Positions 42,654-56,374 of a stretch of DNA of 64,000 nucleotides are shown here, in pieces (the first letter of the stretch is position 1; each line of letters starts with the position of its first letter). The position numbers and the translations under genes were made by a program. Location: assembly GCF_009914755.1 (NCBI RefSeq), contig NC_060930.1; one strand, 5' to 3'. Origin of the DNA: the human T2T-CHM13v2.0 reference genome, Homo sapiens. The notes beneath the pieces are model-generated. The model made no database searches. It worked only from the letters and a program-made list of their open reading frames with translations, and was not told the origin of the DNA.

Positions 42654-43075
42654 CTCGAGCATGGGGGAGCTGCAGGTCCCGAGCCCTGCCCCATGAGGAG
42701 GCAGCTGAGGCCCCGTGAGAATTCGGGCACACCCTCCACAGCTGCTGGTCTGGGTGCTAAGCCCCTCACTGCCCAGGGCTGGCCACAGTGGCCAGCCGCT
42801 CGGAGTGCAGGGCGCACCAATCCCATGCCCACCCAGAACTGGCGCTGGACCACGAGCACTGTGCACAGCCCCGGTTGCTGCCCTTGCCTCTCCCTCCACA
42901 CCTCCCTGCAAGCAGAGGGAGCCGGCTCCGGCCTCGGCCAGCCCCAAGAGGGGCTCCCACAGTGCAGCGGCAGGCTGGAGGGCTGCTCAAGCACAGCCAG
43001 AGTGGGCGCTGAGGCCAAGGAGGCACCGAGAGCCAGCGAGGGCTGCGAGGGCTGCCAGCACGCTGTCACCTCTCA
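42650..43075 (-). mobile_element. LTR12 (D/E-like, HERV9) 5' fragment
   Basis: TGAGAGGTGACAGCGTGCTGGCAGCCCTCGCAGCCCTCGC start; ends at GGACCTGCAGCTCCCCCATGCTCGAGCCTCCCC. Confidence 0.92.
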
Positions 43076-43315
43076 ATAGCGCAAGAGGCTACGTTTTCCA
43101 TTCCAACCAAAAGTTGCTTTCAGTGAAGAAAGAAGGCAATGGTGTTCTAAGAAACATCACTGATCAAGAATATCTATGATATCCTTTCTGAAAACAATGA
43201 CTTAGAGAAAAAGCAGGGCAGAGGAGGAGTAACTCATAATTCTTTCTTATTTCAATTCTTCCTTAACTCATCACTAAATAAAAGGTAGGAGTGTTGGTAG
43301 AACATGCATGTGTTA

Positions 43316-43998
<683 letters not shown>

Positions 43999-44379
43999 TG
44001 ATGGCATAAGTTAGCTAGTGTGACATGGAAGTTCAGAATTAGAGGAAGCTACTATGTATTGTATCTGTGGAAGGTGAGAAGGAGGAGGGAGAGACTGGAG
44101 GCAGGAAAGACCATCTGGCAATGTGGTTGCATGGGGAGAAGAGGGGCTTTGTATATCATTGAGAAAATATCAATTTTCAGGATCAAATTATGGAGAAAAA
44201 CTAATGAGATTCTAGAAGAGTTAAATTCCTGCCAAAAGCCACTCCTGATGCTACAGCTTCATGCTAGAACATTAGACCACACCCAAGGATAAAGGGGGTT
44301 GTGGAAGAAAAACAACCCAACCGATTTGCATTATAGAAAGATTACTTCATGTGGAGAACAGATTAAAGCATGAGAACTA

Positions 44380-44883
<504 letters not shown>

Positions 44884-45076
44884 GGAAGATATATTTTATA
44901 ATTTATACATATTTCCATCAAAATAAATATTTCTTAGATAGTTAATTCTCTCAAATCTGAACACTTTTGTTATTTATGCTGATTTATTCCTCCATGTTTT
45001 CAAGAGGAAACACACAGTGGAGAAAAATATTTTAAGAGCTAATGACTGAGAAGTTTATTTTGGGTTTTCTGCAGGC

Positions 45077-45383
<307 letters not shown>

Positions 45384-45705
45384 TGAGAAATTTTCAGAAC
45401 TGATGGAATGCAACAACCTTTAGACTTAAGAAACCAACAAATCCCAAGAATTTAAAAAAAAAAAAACCCTACACCAGACATACCATACTGAAACTACAAA
45501 GCTTAAAAGCAGCCTAAGGAAAGCAGCAAGATGGAAAGCTGACCTCAACTTTGCAACAATGGAAGACAAAACCCAGTGAAATGATATCTTTAAATGTGTG
45601 GAGGGAAATGACTACTGACCTCTAATTCTATATCCCATTGAAAGGAAGGACAGAAGGAAAGAAGGAAGGAAGGAAGGGAGGGAGGGAGGGAGGGATGGAG
45701 GGGAG

Positions 45706-46079
45706 TATATTAGTCCGTTTTCGTACTACTGTAAAGAACTGCCTGAGACTGGGTAATTTATAAAGGAAAGAGGTTTAATTGACTCACAGTTTCGCATGGC
45801 TGGGGAGGCCTCAGGAAACTTACAAGCATGATGGAAGGCAAAGGGGAAGCAAGGCATCATCTTCACAAGGTGGCAGGAAGGAGAATGAACGCGAGAAGAA
45901 CAACCAAACACTTATAAAACCATCAGATCTCATGACTCACTTACTATCATGATAACAGCACGGGGGAAACTGTCCCATGATTCAATTACCTCGACCTGAT
46001 CTCTCCCTTGGCATGTGGGGATTATGAGGATTACAATTCAAGATGAGACTTTGGGTGGGAACACAGCCAAACCATATCA
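45706..46079 (-). mobile_element. THE1 (B/C-like) solo LTR
   Basis: TATTAGTCCGTTTTC...GAGGTTTAATTGACTCACAG...ACACAGCCAAACCATATCA. Confidence 0.93.
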
Positions 46080-46624
46080 TAGAGTGAAAAGGGAGATGGA
46101 GGGCAGAAGGAGGAAAAGACTTTCAGAAATAAGAGCAAAATAAGACATTTTAGACAAACAAAAACAGAGAAACAACTACTGACAGATCCTTATTTTTAAA
46201 AATTCAAAAGAGTATACTGTATTCTGAAGGAAACCTACCTCAGATGGAAGACCTAAGATGCAAAATAAATAAGCCTTCAGCCCACCGAGATTTTTCAAGG
46301 CCATCCCCAATGCAGCTGCTATTTTCAGCTTGCACCCACTTAAAAGCCCACCAACAAATTAAATGGAGAAAAGATAGAGACCACCATCCCTGCATTATTT
46401 ATTTAACAGTGGCACCAATTCCTGGAGCTTGATAAGGTTTTTGTCTTACTATCTTGGCCACTGGTTGGGATGGGACAGGGAAGCAGTTTTAGACCCACCT
46501 TAGATCCAAAGGTGTGGCAGTGGGAGGCTGTCAATCAGCCGTGCTTCTCAAAGCTAATTCCCCTGAAGAACATCTGAGTGCAGCACCTCCATGGCCACCA
46601 CAGAGAAGAAAGGGCATGTGTGTT

Positions 46625-47360
46625 CTGAGAGGTATGTACAGGAATATTTATAGTGCAATGTTTGTAATAACCCCAAACTGGAAACAAACTCAGATGTCCA
46701 TCAACAGGATGGTAAATAAATGCATAGTGGCATCAGCATACAATGGAGTGCTATCGGGCAATGAATGAACTATAGTATGGTGCATACATGTGGATGAATC
46801 TAAAACAAACAATGTTGGGGCCAGAAAAAGTAAGTACAGGAGAATACTGTATAGTCCCATTGATTAAGTTCAAATATAGGCAAAATTAAATTATACATCC
46901 TTAATGATATGTACACAGGTGGTGAAACCATAAAGAAAAGCAAACCATTAACACAAATATAAGAATAATCGTTACTTCTGGGAAGAAGAAAAGGGAATCA
47001 CAGAAGGCTTCTAAGAAACTGATAACATTCAGCAGAAATATCTTTAACAAGTGGTTTCATACAAGGTGTTCATTTAATATTGTTCTTTGGACCATACATA
47101 GTGTCTTATAGACCTTTTCTGTATATGATGTCTTTTACAATAAAATGTTTAATATGACTGTTTAATTAGACACATAAAAAGCATTTGATTTTTTTAAAAT
47201 ACCTTTAGCAAGCTAGATATAGAAGAAATCTTCATTCAAATGACGGCTACTAAATAGAAACCTACAGCAAGCATCACACCTAAGAGCAGAACATGAAAAG
47301 CATCCCTACTAGGGTCAGGAGAAGAGAAAGGATGCACTGTTGTTACTAGTCTTCATCCTA
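46625..47360 (+). mobile_element. Old L1M (L1ME-like) fragments
   Basis: ATGTACAGGAATATTTATAG...CCCCAAACTGGAAACAA...ATGTCCATCAACAGG; ORF2-like AAAAGCATTTGA...AAACCTACAGCAAGCATCAC. Confidence 0.75.
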
Positions 47361-47543
47361 AATGGTAGGCATATATTTCTAATGGATTTGAATACATTTA
47401 ACTCACTAATGAGTAGTTGGTACTTACTCCATTTATCATACTGACATAAGGAAGACTGACAGTCTCATCACAATGTAACTTTGTCATAGTCCCGGAAACA
47501 ATTATACATATGCAGTCCTGACTTGCGTTAATAATGAATTAAT

Positions 47544-47775
47544 TAATCCCAGCACTTTGGAAGGCCAAGGCAGGCCAACATGGTGAAACCTCATCTCTAC
47601 CAAAAATACAAAAATTAGCCGGGCAGGGTGGCAAGCACCTGTAATTTCAACTACTTGGGAGGCTGAGGCAGGAGAATCACTTTAATCCGGGAGACCAAGG
47701 TTGCAGTGAGCCGAGATCACACCACTGCACTCCAGCCTTGGCAACAGAGCAAGACTCCATCTCAAAAATAACAAT
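47544..47775 (+). mobile_element. Alu, 5'-truncated with an internal deletion
   Basis: Starts at TAATCCCAGCAC; TSD TAATAATGAATTAAT on both sides. Confidence 0.93.
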
Positions 47776-47914
47776 AATAATGAATTAATTAATTATTCCA
47801 ACAATACTAATTGTTTCCAGCTAAACTTGTGTGGAATTGTAATTCTATTTCTCTCATTCTTTTGATCATGGGTCATCTTTCAGAGAGTCACGCCTCCAGA
47901 AGATGGAACAATGA

Positions 47915-48160
47915 GGCAATCTGGTCTAATGAAAAGTCTGTAGACCTTGAAGTCAATCAGGTGTATGTTCAAATTTAGCTCCATCACTTCCAAGCTGGGT
48001 GTGACCTTGATTGTATCAATTAATCTCTCCAGTCTTCTATTTGACATCTTACAAAATGAGGATAATAATGCATACTCTGCAGAAATGTGAGTCCTTGAAA
48101 TACTACATGTCAAGGACCTAGCTCAAAGCCTGGGTATAAAAGATGATCAAAAATGGTCAT
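47915..48160 (+). mobile_element. MIR
   Basis: TTCAAATTTAGCTCCATCACTTCCAAGCTGGGTGTGACCTTG...ACAAAATGAGGATAATAAT. Confidence 0.8.
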
Positions 48161-48164
48161 AGTT

Positions 48165-48436
<272 letters not shown>

Positions 48437-48554
48437 TGGTCATAGTTGTGATTATTTTATTAACTTCACAGTAGCCAGCTAAACTCCTGAAACCAACCCC
48501 CAAAATGTTGATTAACAGTTGACAGAGAACGCTGGTGTGCTGCCATGGCACTTA

Positions 48555-48860
48555 TTAGCCCTGTCTTATTCAAATGTTTATCAATCGCTTGAAACATAGC
48601 CTAAATGATTATTAAATTTCTAGATGATATAACGATAGACCAAATGACTAAAACACTGTGGTCCCCAACAACACTAGGACCAAAACCAACAGGATGAAAT
48701 TTGATGTGAGTAAAAGGAAGGACCTGTGTTGGATTTCCCTGACATTGCACTTGGCACAGGACAAGCAATGATAGCATCTAAAGGACCCTCTTGTTTGTGA
48801 GTTTGGTGTGAGCTAACAGTGTGTGAGCGTCTATAACACATGCGAATTTAGTTTGCCTGA
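48555..48860 (+). mobile_element. L3/CR1 reverse transcriptase fragment
   Basis: GCCCTGTCTTATTCAAATGTTTATCAAT...ATTAAATTTCTAGATGAT (PVLFN.FIND...IKF.DD) and AACAGGATGAAATTT. Confidence 0.6.
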
Positions 48861-50254
48861 CAAGGTTAGCAGTACCCTGAATTTAAAAACAGAGAAGAAT
48901 TATGTGGCCAGCCCCAGTTACAATAAGCAGACAAGGCAGCTCTCTCTCCTCAGTAGAGCAGCATCACACATCTCAGAGACCCCTATGGAGTGGTGGTGGG
49001 AACATGCGGACTTGAATTAGATTGCTATCAATCCACTTTTAAACTACTAACATGTCTGTTTCTAACAGCCTCAGGGAATAGGCATTACAAACCATCACAA
49101 AAACTCATTTTTTAAAAAAAACACATGGCAGCAACCATAATAATAAAACTGCACAAAAGAACCAAAGCAAGAAAAAGCAAGAAGGAAGAAAAGGTCAGCA
49201 TTACAGTGATGTTGATTGGATTGCAATGACCTGTTCATATTCTTGCTTTTGAAACACCAGGTTCTCTAGGTCATTTAAAAGGAAACTAATTAATTGCTTC
49301 TGATATTTTCTTTCATCTCCAAATCATGTCTCTTTTTTTTTTTTTTTTTTAAGGTTTTTGGCTACACATTGCCACTGGGTGGAGCTCAAAGTCCACAAAA
49401 GCACCTTGGAACCAGCAAGTAAATAAAAAGCAGCCAGCCACGGACTCATTTTCAGACACATAACATTTACAATATTTTTTTTCTCTTGTATTGATACGTG
49501 AAGAAGCACAAACACTGAATGAAAGGAAGTGGCCATCTTTTAGAAAGAAAGAAAGCATCTCTGCAACTGAAAAAAAAAAAAAACAGCCAGCTCGGAAAGA
49601 GATTGCGGAAGTGGTTTTCAGAGATCAATAATATGCAATTATTGACTTAAGCTGAGAGTGAGATTGGAGGCTTACAATCATAACGAATTGAAGTTCTTGC
49701 ATAGAGAATTTGTTTTGCTGTATTTTTTTATCACCTTTTTTTAATTGCACAGAGGCACTTGCAGCTTGGCAGCTTTATTTTGCATAGGTACACTGTGTGA
49801 ATGTGTGTATATTATGAGTATAGGTTAAATGCATTCCTGTAAGAAGGCCCAGAGGCTGCCTGTGGGGCCCAGACAGTCCATCTGCTCCAGCAACCATCCC
49901 CTTGGGAAAATAAAACGTGAAATGCCACTAAGACAACCGATTATTATGCTGTTTTAGATTAGGCAACTTGTGCTTTCCCCCTTTGTCAAACCCCTGAAAG
50001 GAAGAGTTGCAAACCAGAAGAGAAAATAATAATGAGCTTTTCATTACCTCCAGAGCATGAGCTGAAAGTTTCTTTGACAAAGAGAGGAGGGAAATCGGAT
50101 GTGTCTCAACTGGCTCCAGTTATATTAGCATTTTTCTTTTGTAGCTACACTAGCATTTTTCCAATTTCCAGTTTTCTTTTCTTGGGCTAATAGTACATGT
50201 TTAACAAAATTTAATTGAGTTATAACGAAATAGCTAACACTAAAGCAGTACTTA

Positions 50255-50450
50255 TTATATGTGAATGCTGAGTATTTCACATCTTCACCCCTTTTAATAC
50301 AACAGCCCTTTGAGGGAGAGGGAGGAATTATTATCATCTCCATTTTGCAGGCATGGAAAAAAAGCCTCAGCAAAGTTAAGTAACTTGTGCAATGATACTC
50401 AGCTAGGAAATGGCAATACCTACCTCAGCTGCCTTTCTGCACCGAAACTC
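50255..50450 (-). mobile_element. MIR
   Basis: ATTATTATCATCTCCATTTTGCAG...AAGTTAAGTAACTTGTGCAA...AGCTAGGAAATGGCA. Confidence 0.75.
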
Positions 50451-50779
50451 ATTCTCTTCCTTTCCCATCAGCATATTTCACTGAAGTCTCAGGATGTCCT
50501 AGTTAAAAACAAACTCAGTCAGAGAGAAGATATGCCGGTTATGACCTACCTTACTCCCGACCCATTACCCCCTAGGTCCCACCCAGCAGCATTGTGATCT
50601 GAGGAAAAAGGAAGGCAATGCTCTAGCTTCCCAAGGGGAGGTTTCACCCAAAATAGGCTTAGCATCCCCTCTCCTCCCAGCAGAGAAGCTCAGCAAAAAG
50701 TCTGGATTCTACTATCGCTCTCCAGTTCCATCCCTTGGCAGTCACTGAAGAGCACCTCTGGCAGTCACTTAAGAGCACC

Positions 50780-50970
50780 CCAAATCTTACCACCTGTGAG
50801 AGCTTGGGCAGGTGACTTAAACTCCCTTGTGTTTTTAAACCTGTGAAATACAAATAAGAATACCTTCCTCACAGGTTTCTATGGGAATTAAATAAGTTAA
50901 AGTATAGAATGCTTTTGATAGTGCCTGGCACTCTCTACAAGCTAACACGTTGACCATTCCCATTATCACT
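50780..50970 (+). mobile_element. MIR
   Basis: CTTGGGCAGGTGACTTAA...CTGTGAAATA...AATACCTTCCTCACAGG...TAGTGCCTGGCAC. Confidence 0.8.
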
Positions 50971-51001
50971 GATGCAATATCGTCGGCTTTGCACCCCACC
51001 C

Positions 51002-52002
51002 TTTTTTTCTTTTACAACATAATGGGTTTATATTTAATATAGTATTTCTCATCAGGAGGATGTTACTCAGTTGATATAAAGTGCTTTTTTAACGTTAAAT
51101 CTTTTCCATGTCAATGTCTATAGTGTTTTTTTACATTAAATCTTTCCTGCATTTCAGTATTAGATACACTGAATACATTTTTCTAAATGTTTTTTCCCCA
51201 GAGATAAAAGTTTCCCTTTTTGGCTATTTGATATCTAAATACAATATTAACTTGGAAGATAACAAAACAAAAATCAAATCAAAATATGGAGAAAAGACTC
51301 CTCAATGATTCAAGAAGTAGTGATTATAACTGAATACTGGTGATTTTCTAGGATTCTGGGCAAGAACTTCCTTCTTCCTATTTCACGTGCTTTGAGAATT
51401 CTAAAACTATGAAATATTACTTATGTAAATTTCAGCCATCTTACTTCCTTGACCTTCTTTCTAACCAGCAAATACAAATTATAGGCTGCATTTTTCTGTG
51501 CATTATTTGTTGTAAAGAAAACTCTTTTTTTTTTGTTCCCATTTCATGGAAACAATGAAAAATGTAAAACTCCCCTATTTACTGATTCCTGGAAACTTTC
51601 ACCAAAGCTCAGGTTTAGCCTCAATAGCACAAAGCCTTTCAGGGTGAGGCTTGATTCAGTAGGCCCTTCAAAGTCACATCTGTCCATTTCTCTTTCGTGC
51701 ATATACCCCCAAGCAAGCAAGAATGTCTGTAACGCTGAGAACCACACCTAACAAGAGAGTGATTGCATCACCGGCTTCTACTGCTTCACCCAGGCAGCAC
51801 CAAAATAGTGACATGAGGACTAAGGCAACTGTGCTGAAATTCAGATCATGATGTTGGAATCTTGAGGGCTGAAGGTTCCAAAGAAATGGTATATATAGAA
51901 TTCTATCTGACTTGAAATTTTTCCTTCCTGGAGCTCCAGGTGCTGAGACTAAGAGGTTCCATGTGACACTGCCTTCCAGGAGGCAGCCATTACAGAAACC
52001 CA
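51002..52002 (-). pseudogene. SMIM30: Processed pseudogene of SMIM30 (LINC00998/MAVI1 micropeptide)
   Basis: Translation ...EAVEAGDAITLLLGVVLSVTDILACLGVYARKRNGQM* matches the SMIM30 C-terminus; CDS remnant 51849-51674 has ATG-ATC-TGA and indels; ATTAAA and A tail at about 51002-51038; TSD CTTTGCACCCC at 50987 and 52003. Confidence 0.88.
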
Positions 52003-52191
52003 CTTTGCACCCCCTTTTGTAATCACAACCTTCTTATCTCCCCCCTTCTCCACACATGACCACTGTCTGCCATGAAAGTATCCTCACCTCCATGTCCTTT
52101 CCGTCCAACGAACCTTGCTCCTGGCAACAGACTACTGCTACTTAAGCGCCACTAGGATTATGATACTCTCCATGCTTAAAAAAAATAATGA

Positions 52192-52517
52192 GGCTGGAGT
52201 GGTGCCTCATGCCTGTAATACCAGCACTTTGGGAGGCCGAGGTGGGTGGATCACCAGAGGTCAGGAGGTCGAGACCAGCACAGCCAAAATGGCAAAACCC
52301 TGTCTCTACTAAAAACACAAAAAAAAATTAGCCGGGCATGGTGGCGGGCTCCTGTAATCCCAGCTACTCGGGAGGCTGAGGCAAGGAAAACCGCTTGAAC
52401 CAGGGAGGCAGAGGTTGCAATGAGTGGGGATCACACCACTGTACTCCAGCCTGGGCGACAGAGCGAGACTCTGTCTTAAATAAATAAATAAATAAATAAA
52501 CAAATAAATAAATAAAT
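52192..52517 (+). mobile_element. Alu (AluS-type) with (TAAA)n tail
   Basis: Full dimeric Alu. Confidence 0.96.
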
Positions 52518-52611
52518 CGTGGCTAGATGCTGAAAATATCTAAAAGCTGAAAGTTCTAGATCATTAGTCCAATATCCAGTGCTTTCCACAGTCTGCTCCC
52601 AACCTATCTTT

Positions 52612-53240
52612 TTTTTGTGTGTGTAAATTATTTTATTTCTTCCATGATGATTTAGAGGGACTATCTTCAAACCAGTACAAATATTTCATAAATAATACCT
52701 AGCCAATTTCTAACCAATTGAGTAATTTGTTGCCACCTCACATCTTTTAGCAAGAAATATATTCAATTTGAATAGTAAAGACATTACACAATGAATAAGG
52801 ACAGAATGAAAATTTGCTTTAAATATTTCTTTGGGAAAGGAGACATCACACTTCTACTCAATGAAGAGAAACATTTTTACAGTCCAGAGGTCTTTTATTT
52901 TTCTTAACCCCTATTATGCCATGAATCCAAAGGGGACAGCTTCCAGCAGCTCAGGCTCCTTCCCATTGGTTCTCACAAAGTGTGCTTCTCTGGGTGGAGC
53001 AAGCTGGCACTTCAGTTGAACCCAGGTGCCTTTCTCTTTGGCTTCCTTCTTTTTCTGATCATTTTCCTCCACGCGTTTCAGGAAGCTATTTCAGTTCTTA
53101 GAGTGCTTAATGTGCTCAATATGCACATTAATTCTCTTGGCAAGAATCTTGCCCTTAACTTGTGTGTTTACAGCAATGCTAACAGCATGCTGGGGAACAC
53201 TGTAGACTCTTCCAGCTTTGGGAACACTTGTGGGGCATTT
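52612..53240 (-). pseudogene. RPL21: Processed pseudogene of RPL21, 5'-truncated, long-3'UTR form
   Basis: [41 protein letters not shown] plus [15 protein letters not shown]...EPELLE; AATAAA and T tract; 16-bp TSD CTCCCAACCTATCTTT at 52596-52611 and 53241-53256. Confidence 0.96.
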
Positions 53241-53256
53241 CTCCCAACCTATCTTT

Positions 53257-53580
53257 CCAGGCTTTTCACTGACTTCTCCCAGGTCTTGCTTTATTCCAAT
53301 CTTCCTGCATATCCATTCCATGCCCTTGTACATACCATTCCACTTGTCTGTATGCTCACCTCCATCTGTCAAAAGTTGACTTATCACTTCACACCTAGGT
53401 CAAATTCTCCTTTCCCTCAGCCTGAAGTCACTATTTTGAGTAGGAATCTCCACAGCTTTCTTTTTTGACCACTCATTTATTTATCTGTACATATTCACTC
53501 ATTTTGTTATTCTACCCTTGTTTTTATGTCCTTTTCCTCAGGTAGATCATAAGCAGATTGAAGGCAGGGATTGTTGAAAG
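53257..53580 (+). mobile_element. L2 fragment (insertion target of the RPL21 copy)
   Basis: CT-rich L2 body ending TAGATCATAAGCAGATTGAAGGCAGGGA. Confidence 0.6.
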
Positions 53581-53892
53581 GTGTATATTAATTTCTGTTG
53601 CTAAAGGTCCTGGACTGGCATAAAGGCTCTGAAAGGATTATTCACCAGAGCAAAGCTGGAGAGAACTCCTCCCCCAGCCTAGCAGATCTTTGTAACTGTA
53701 GTCCTGAGGGTGTGGAAGCTTAAGCAGTTTCTAAGAAGATAAGTGTGAGATACTCAGTCCTTCCGGACTTCCTGAGGTCGTAAAGTATCGTTGGAGTTGC
53801 CAAAAGGTGAAAGTAGAAGCCAGACTGGCACCAAGCACCACCAGGTCAATTTTTCCTTCAGGCTCTGGTCAACAAAACATCCCAACAACCTC

Positions 53893-54249
<357 letters not shown>

Positions 54250-54504
54250 TAACAATGATCAAGAAAGGACATACAGCACATTTGTAAAATAGTTTTAACA
54301 TTTCTGAATAAATAGCTATTCTCTAATTAAGCATCAAAGAACTCTGGCCAAAAAGTCTGTGAAATAAATTGTATACTTGCTCCCATCCATGCCTCTCCCC
54401 ACAAGTTTGACTTTGATCTTCCAAACACAGATCATTTTGAAGAAAACATAGCAAGGGAGCCCCTGTCTTGGGATGTTTTTTGATACTTCTTAATGCCTGC
54501 CCTG

Positions 54505-54800
54505 GTCAAGTCTGGGCAGGCTATACTGCAATCTCAGTGGCTCAATAGAACAGAGGTTAATTTTTCACTCACACTACGTGTCCATTGCAGGTGGGGAGCC
54601 CTGCTGCATGTAGTCCCTTGGGGACCCAGGTTCATGGAGGCGCTATTAGCTGAACATCCTCAGTGCCTATGGGAGGCAAAGAGAACTCATACCAGCCCAG
54701 AAGTGACAAGTCACTTTCACTCACAGCTCATTGGCCAAAAGTGGTCACACAGTTCTACCTATCTGTAAGAAGGGAAATGTACATGAACCTCTTGGTGAGA
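54505..54800 (-). mobile_element. MLT1J/K-like MaLR LTR fragment
   Basis: AATCTCAGTGGCTCAA...TTTTTCACTCACACTAC...TCACTTTCACTCACAGCTCATTGGCCAAAAGTGGTCACA. Confidence 0.7.
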
Positions 54801-55606
54801 GCATTCCTGAATTTATCCAAAACGTCTTAGACACACTGCCCTGCGTTTCTCCTCTAATGGATACTGGCATCTATTGCTTCTATAAAAGGTGTAGGAAACT
54901 CAATAATGTACTTACATTTAAGTCAACACATGGAGAGAATAGATAGTCCAAGCAAATGACTTCAGTATGTTTAATTCCTGGATCAGGAAATTAAATTCTT
55001 TCAGAGCCACATTAACATCTATCACTCTGATTTAAAACTGTCATCTAGGCTTTCTTTGATACTTCTGATTAATGGAATGATTATGGCATAAGACTAAGTA
55101 GAACACCTTCTCTTTATTTTGAGTAAAGAATACACAGACAATAAACACTTGAATTTGTTTGGCAAAGAGAAAGATTAAAGACAACATTTTCATTGTGCTG
55201 TAGCTTCATGGAGTTGTTTTTTGTGCTGGTGATGATTTTTATTGCCTTTGTCCTATAGAAAAGATTGTACACTGATAAGAACCCCATAACCAGCTTCCCT
55301 CACATAAAAATGTGAAGTGACATAACAAATAAATCTATCAGGAAATTCCTCTAATTTAAGTAAAGGCAAAACTCCAGGGACTAAAGACAATAATCATCGT
55401 TGCTTCTTTTTGCTGATGCTTAGTTCAAGATGTTTATTCAAGAGAGTTAAAGGGAAAAGAAATGCAAAATACAGGATTTTCAGGCAGTGCTTCAAAATTA
55501 AGACCTTAGGGAAAGCAGTTTCAAAAGCAAAAATAGATGCCACCAGTCCCCATTCTTATTTGAGATCTTATGCCAAATTAAATAGGGCTTTGATAATCAT
55601 CTGGCA

Positions 55607-55745
55607 CAGCAGTTCTCAATCAGTGATGCACATTAGAAACAACTGTGGAGTTTTAAAGTATACATAAACTTGGGCTCAAGCACTGGGATTCTAATTCACT
55701 GGGTCTAAGGTTCAGCACAACATCTGTCATGTTTAAAGTCTTGGA
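55607..55745. mobile_element. MER5-family MITE
   Basis: CAGCAGTTCTCAA...TGCACATTAGAAACAACTGTGGAG...GATTCTAATTCACTGGGTCT. Confidence 0.65.
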
Positions 55746-55960
55746 TAAGTATATGATTTTTTTTTAATTAGGAAGCACATATCTAAAGGTAAGACCTCTC
55801 TGTTCCCTAAAGGAACAAGAAATCCTGCCTTCTATTCTCCGATTGAATTTGGAATCACTAATGTAGCCTCCATTTATCCATATGGGAAAAATGAATCAGG
55901 CCACCAAGTTCCCACCACCACAGAAAGAGTCACTATCAGAGCTGAAATGGCATCAAGGAT

Positions 55961-56250
55961 TTTCTTTTTCTTTCTTTTCCTTTTTTTTTTTTTTTTTTTT
56001 TGAGACAGAGTCTCACTCACTCTGTAGCCCATGCTGGAGTGTAATCACAGTAGTGTAATCACAGTTCACTCCAACCTCCGCCTCCCTCCTCAGCCTCCTG
56101 AGTAGCTGGGACTACAGGCACATGCCACCATTCCTGGATAACTTTTGTACCTTTTTTTGTAGAGATGGGGTTTCATCATGTTGCCCAGACTGGTCTCGAA
56201 CTCCTGGGCTCAAGTGATCCAGCTGCCTTGGCCTCCCAAAGTGGGATTTT
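55961..56250 (-). mobile_element. AluJ, 5'-truncated and rearranged
   Basis: T tail and reverse Alu; GGATTTTCTT flanks both ends. Confidence 0.92.
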
Positions 56251-56374
56251 CTTAACCAGTAATTGGTCCCCATTATTTGCAGCCAAGTATAATTATAATC
56301 ATTAAATCCTGCTTATCAAAGTTACTTTTAGAACTATTTATGGTCATTATCTGGCTATGAACAGACTGTCAGTG

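Noticed and set aside
42307-43179. Long Pro/Gly-rich ORFs (141-236 aa) in several frames
   Set aside because: Artefacts of the stop-poor G-run repeat and GC-rich LTR12
51845-51873. ATGATG...CTGA resembling C/D box snoRNA motifs
   Set aside because: Too short, and explained as the antisense of the SMIM30 retrocopy
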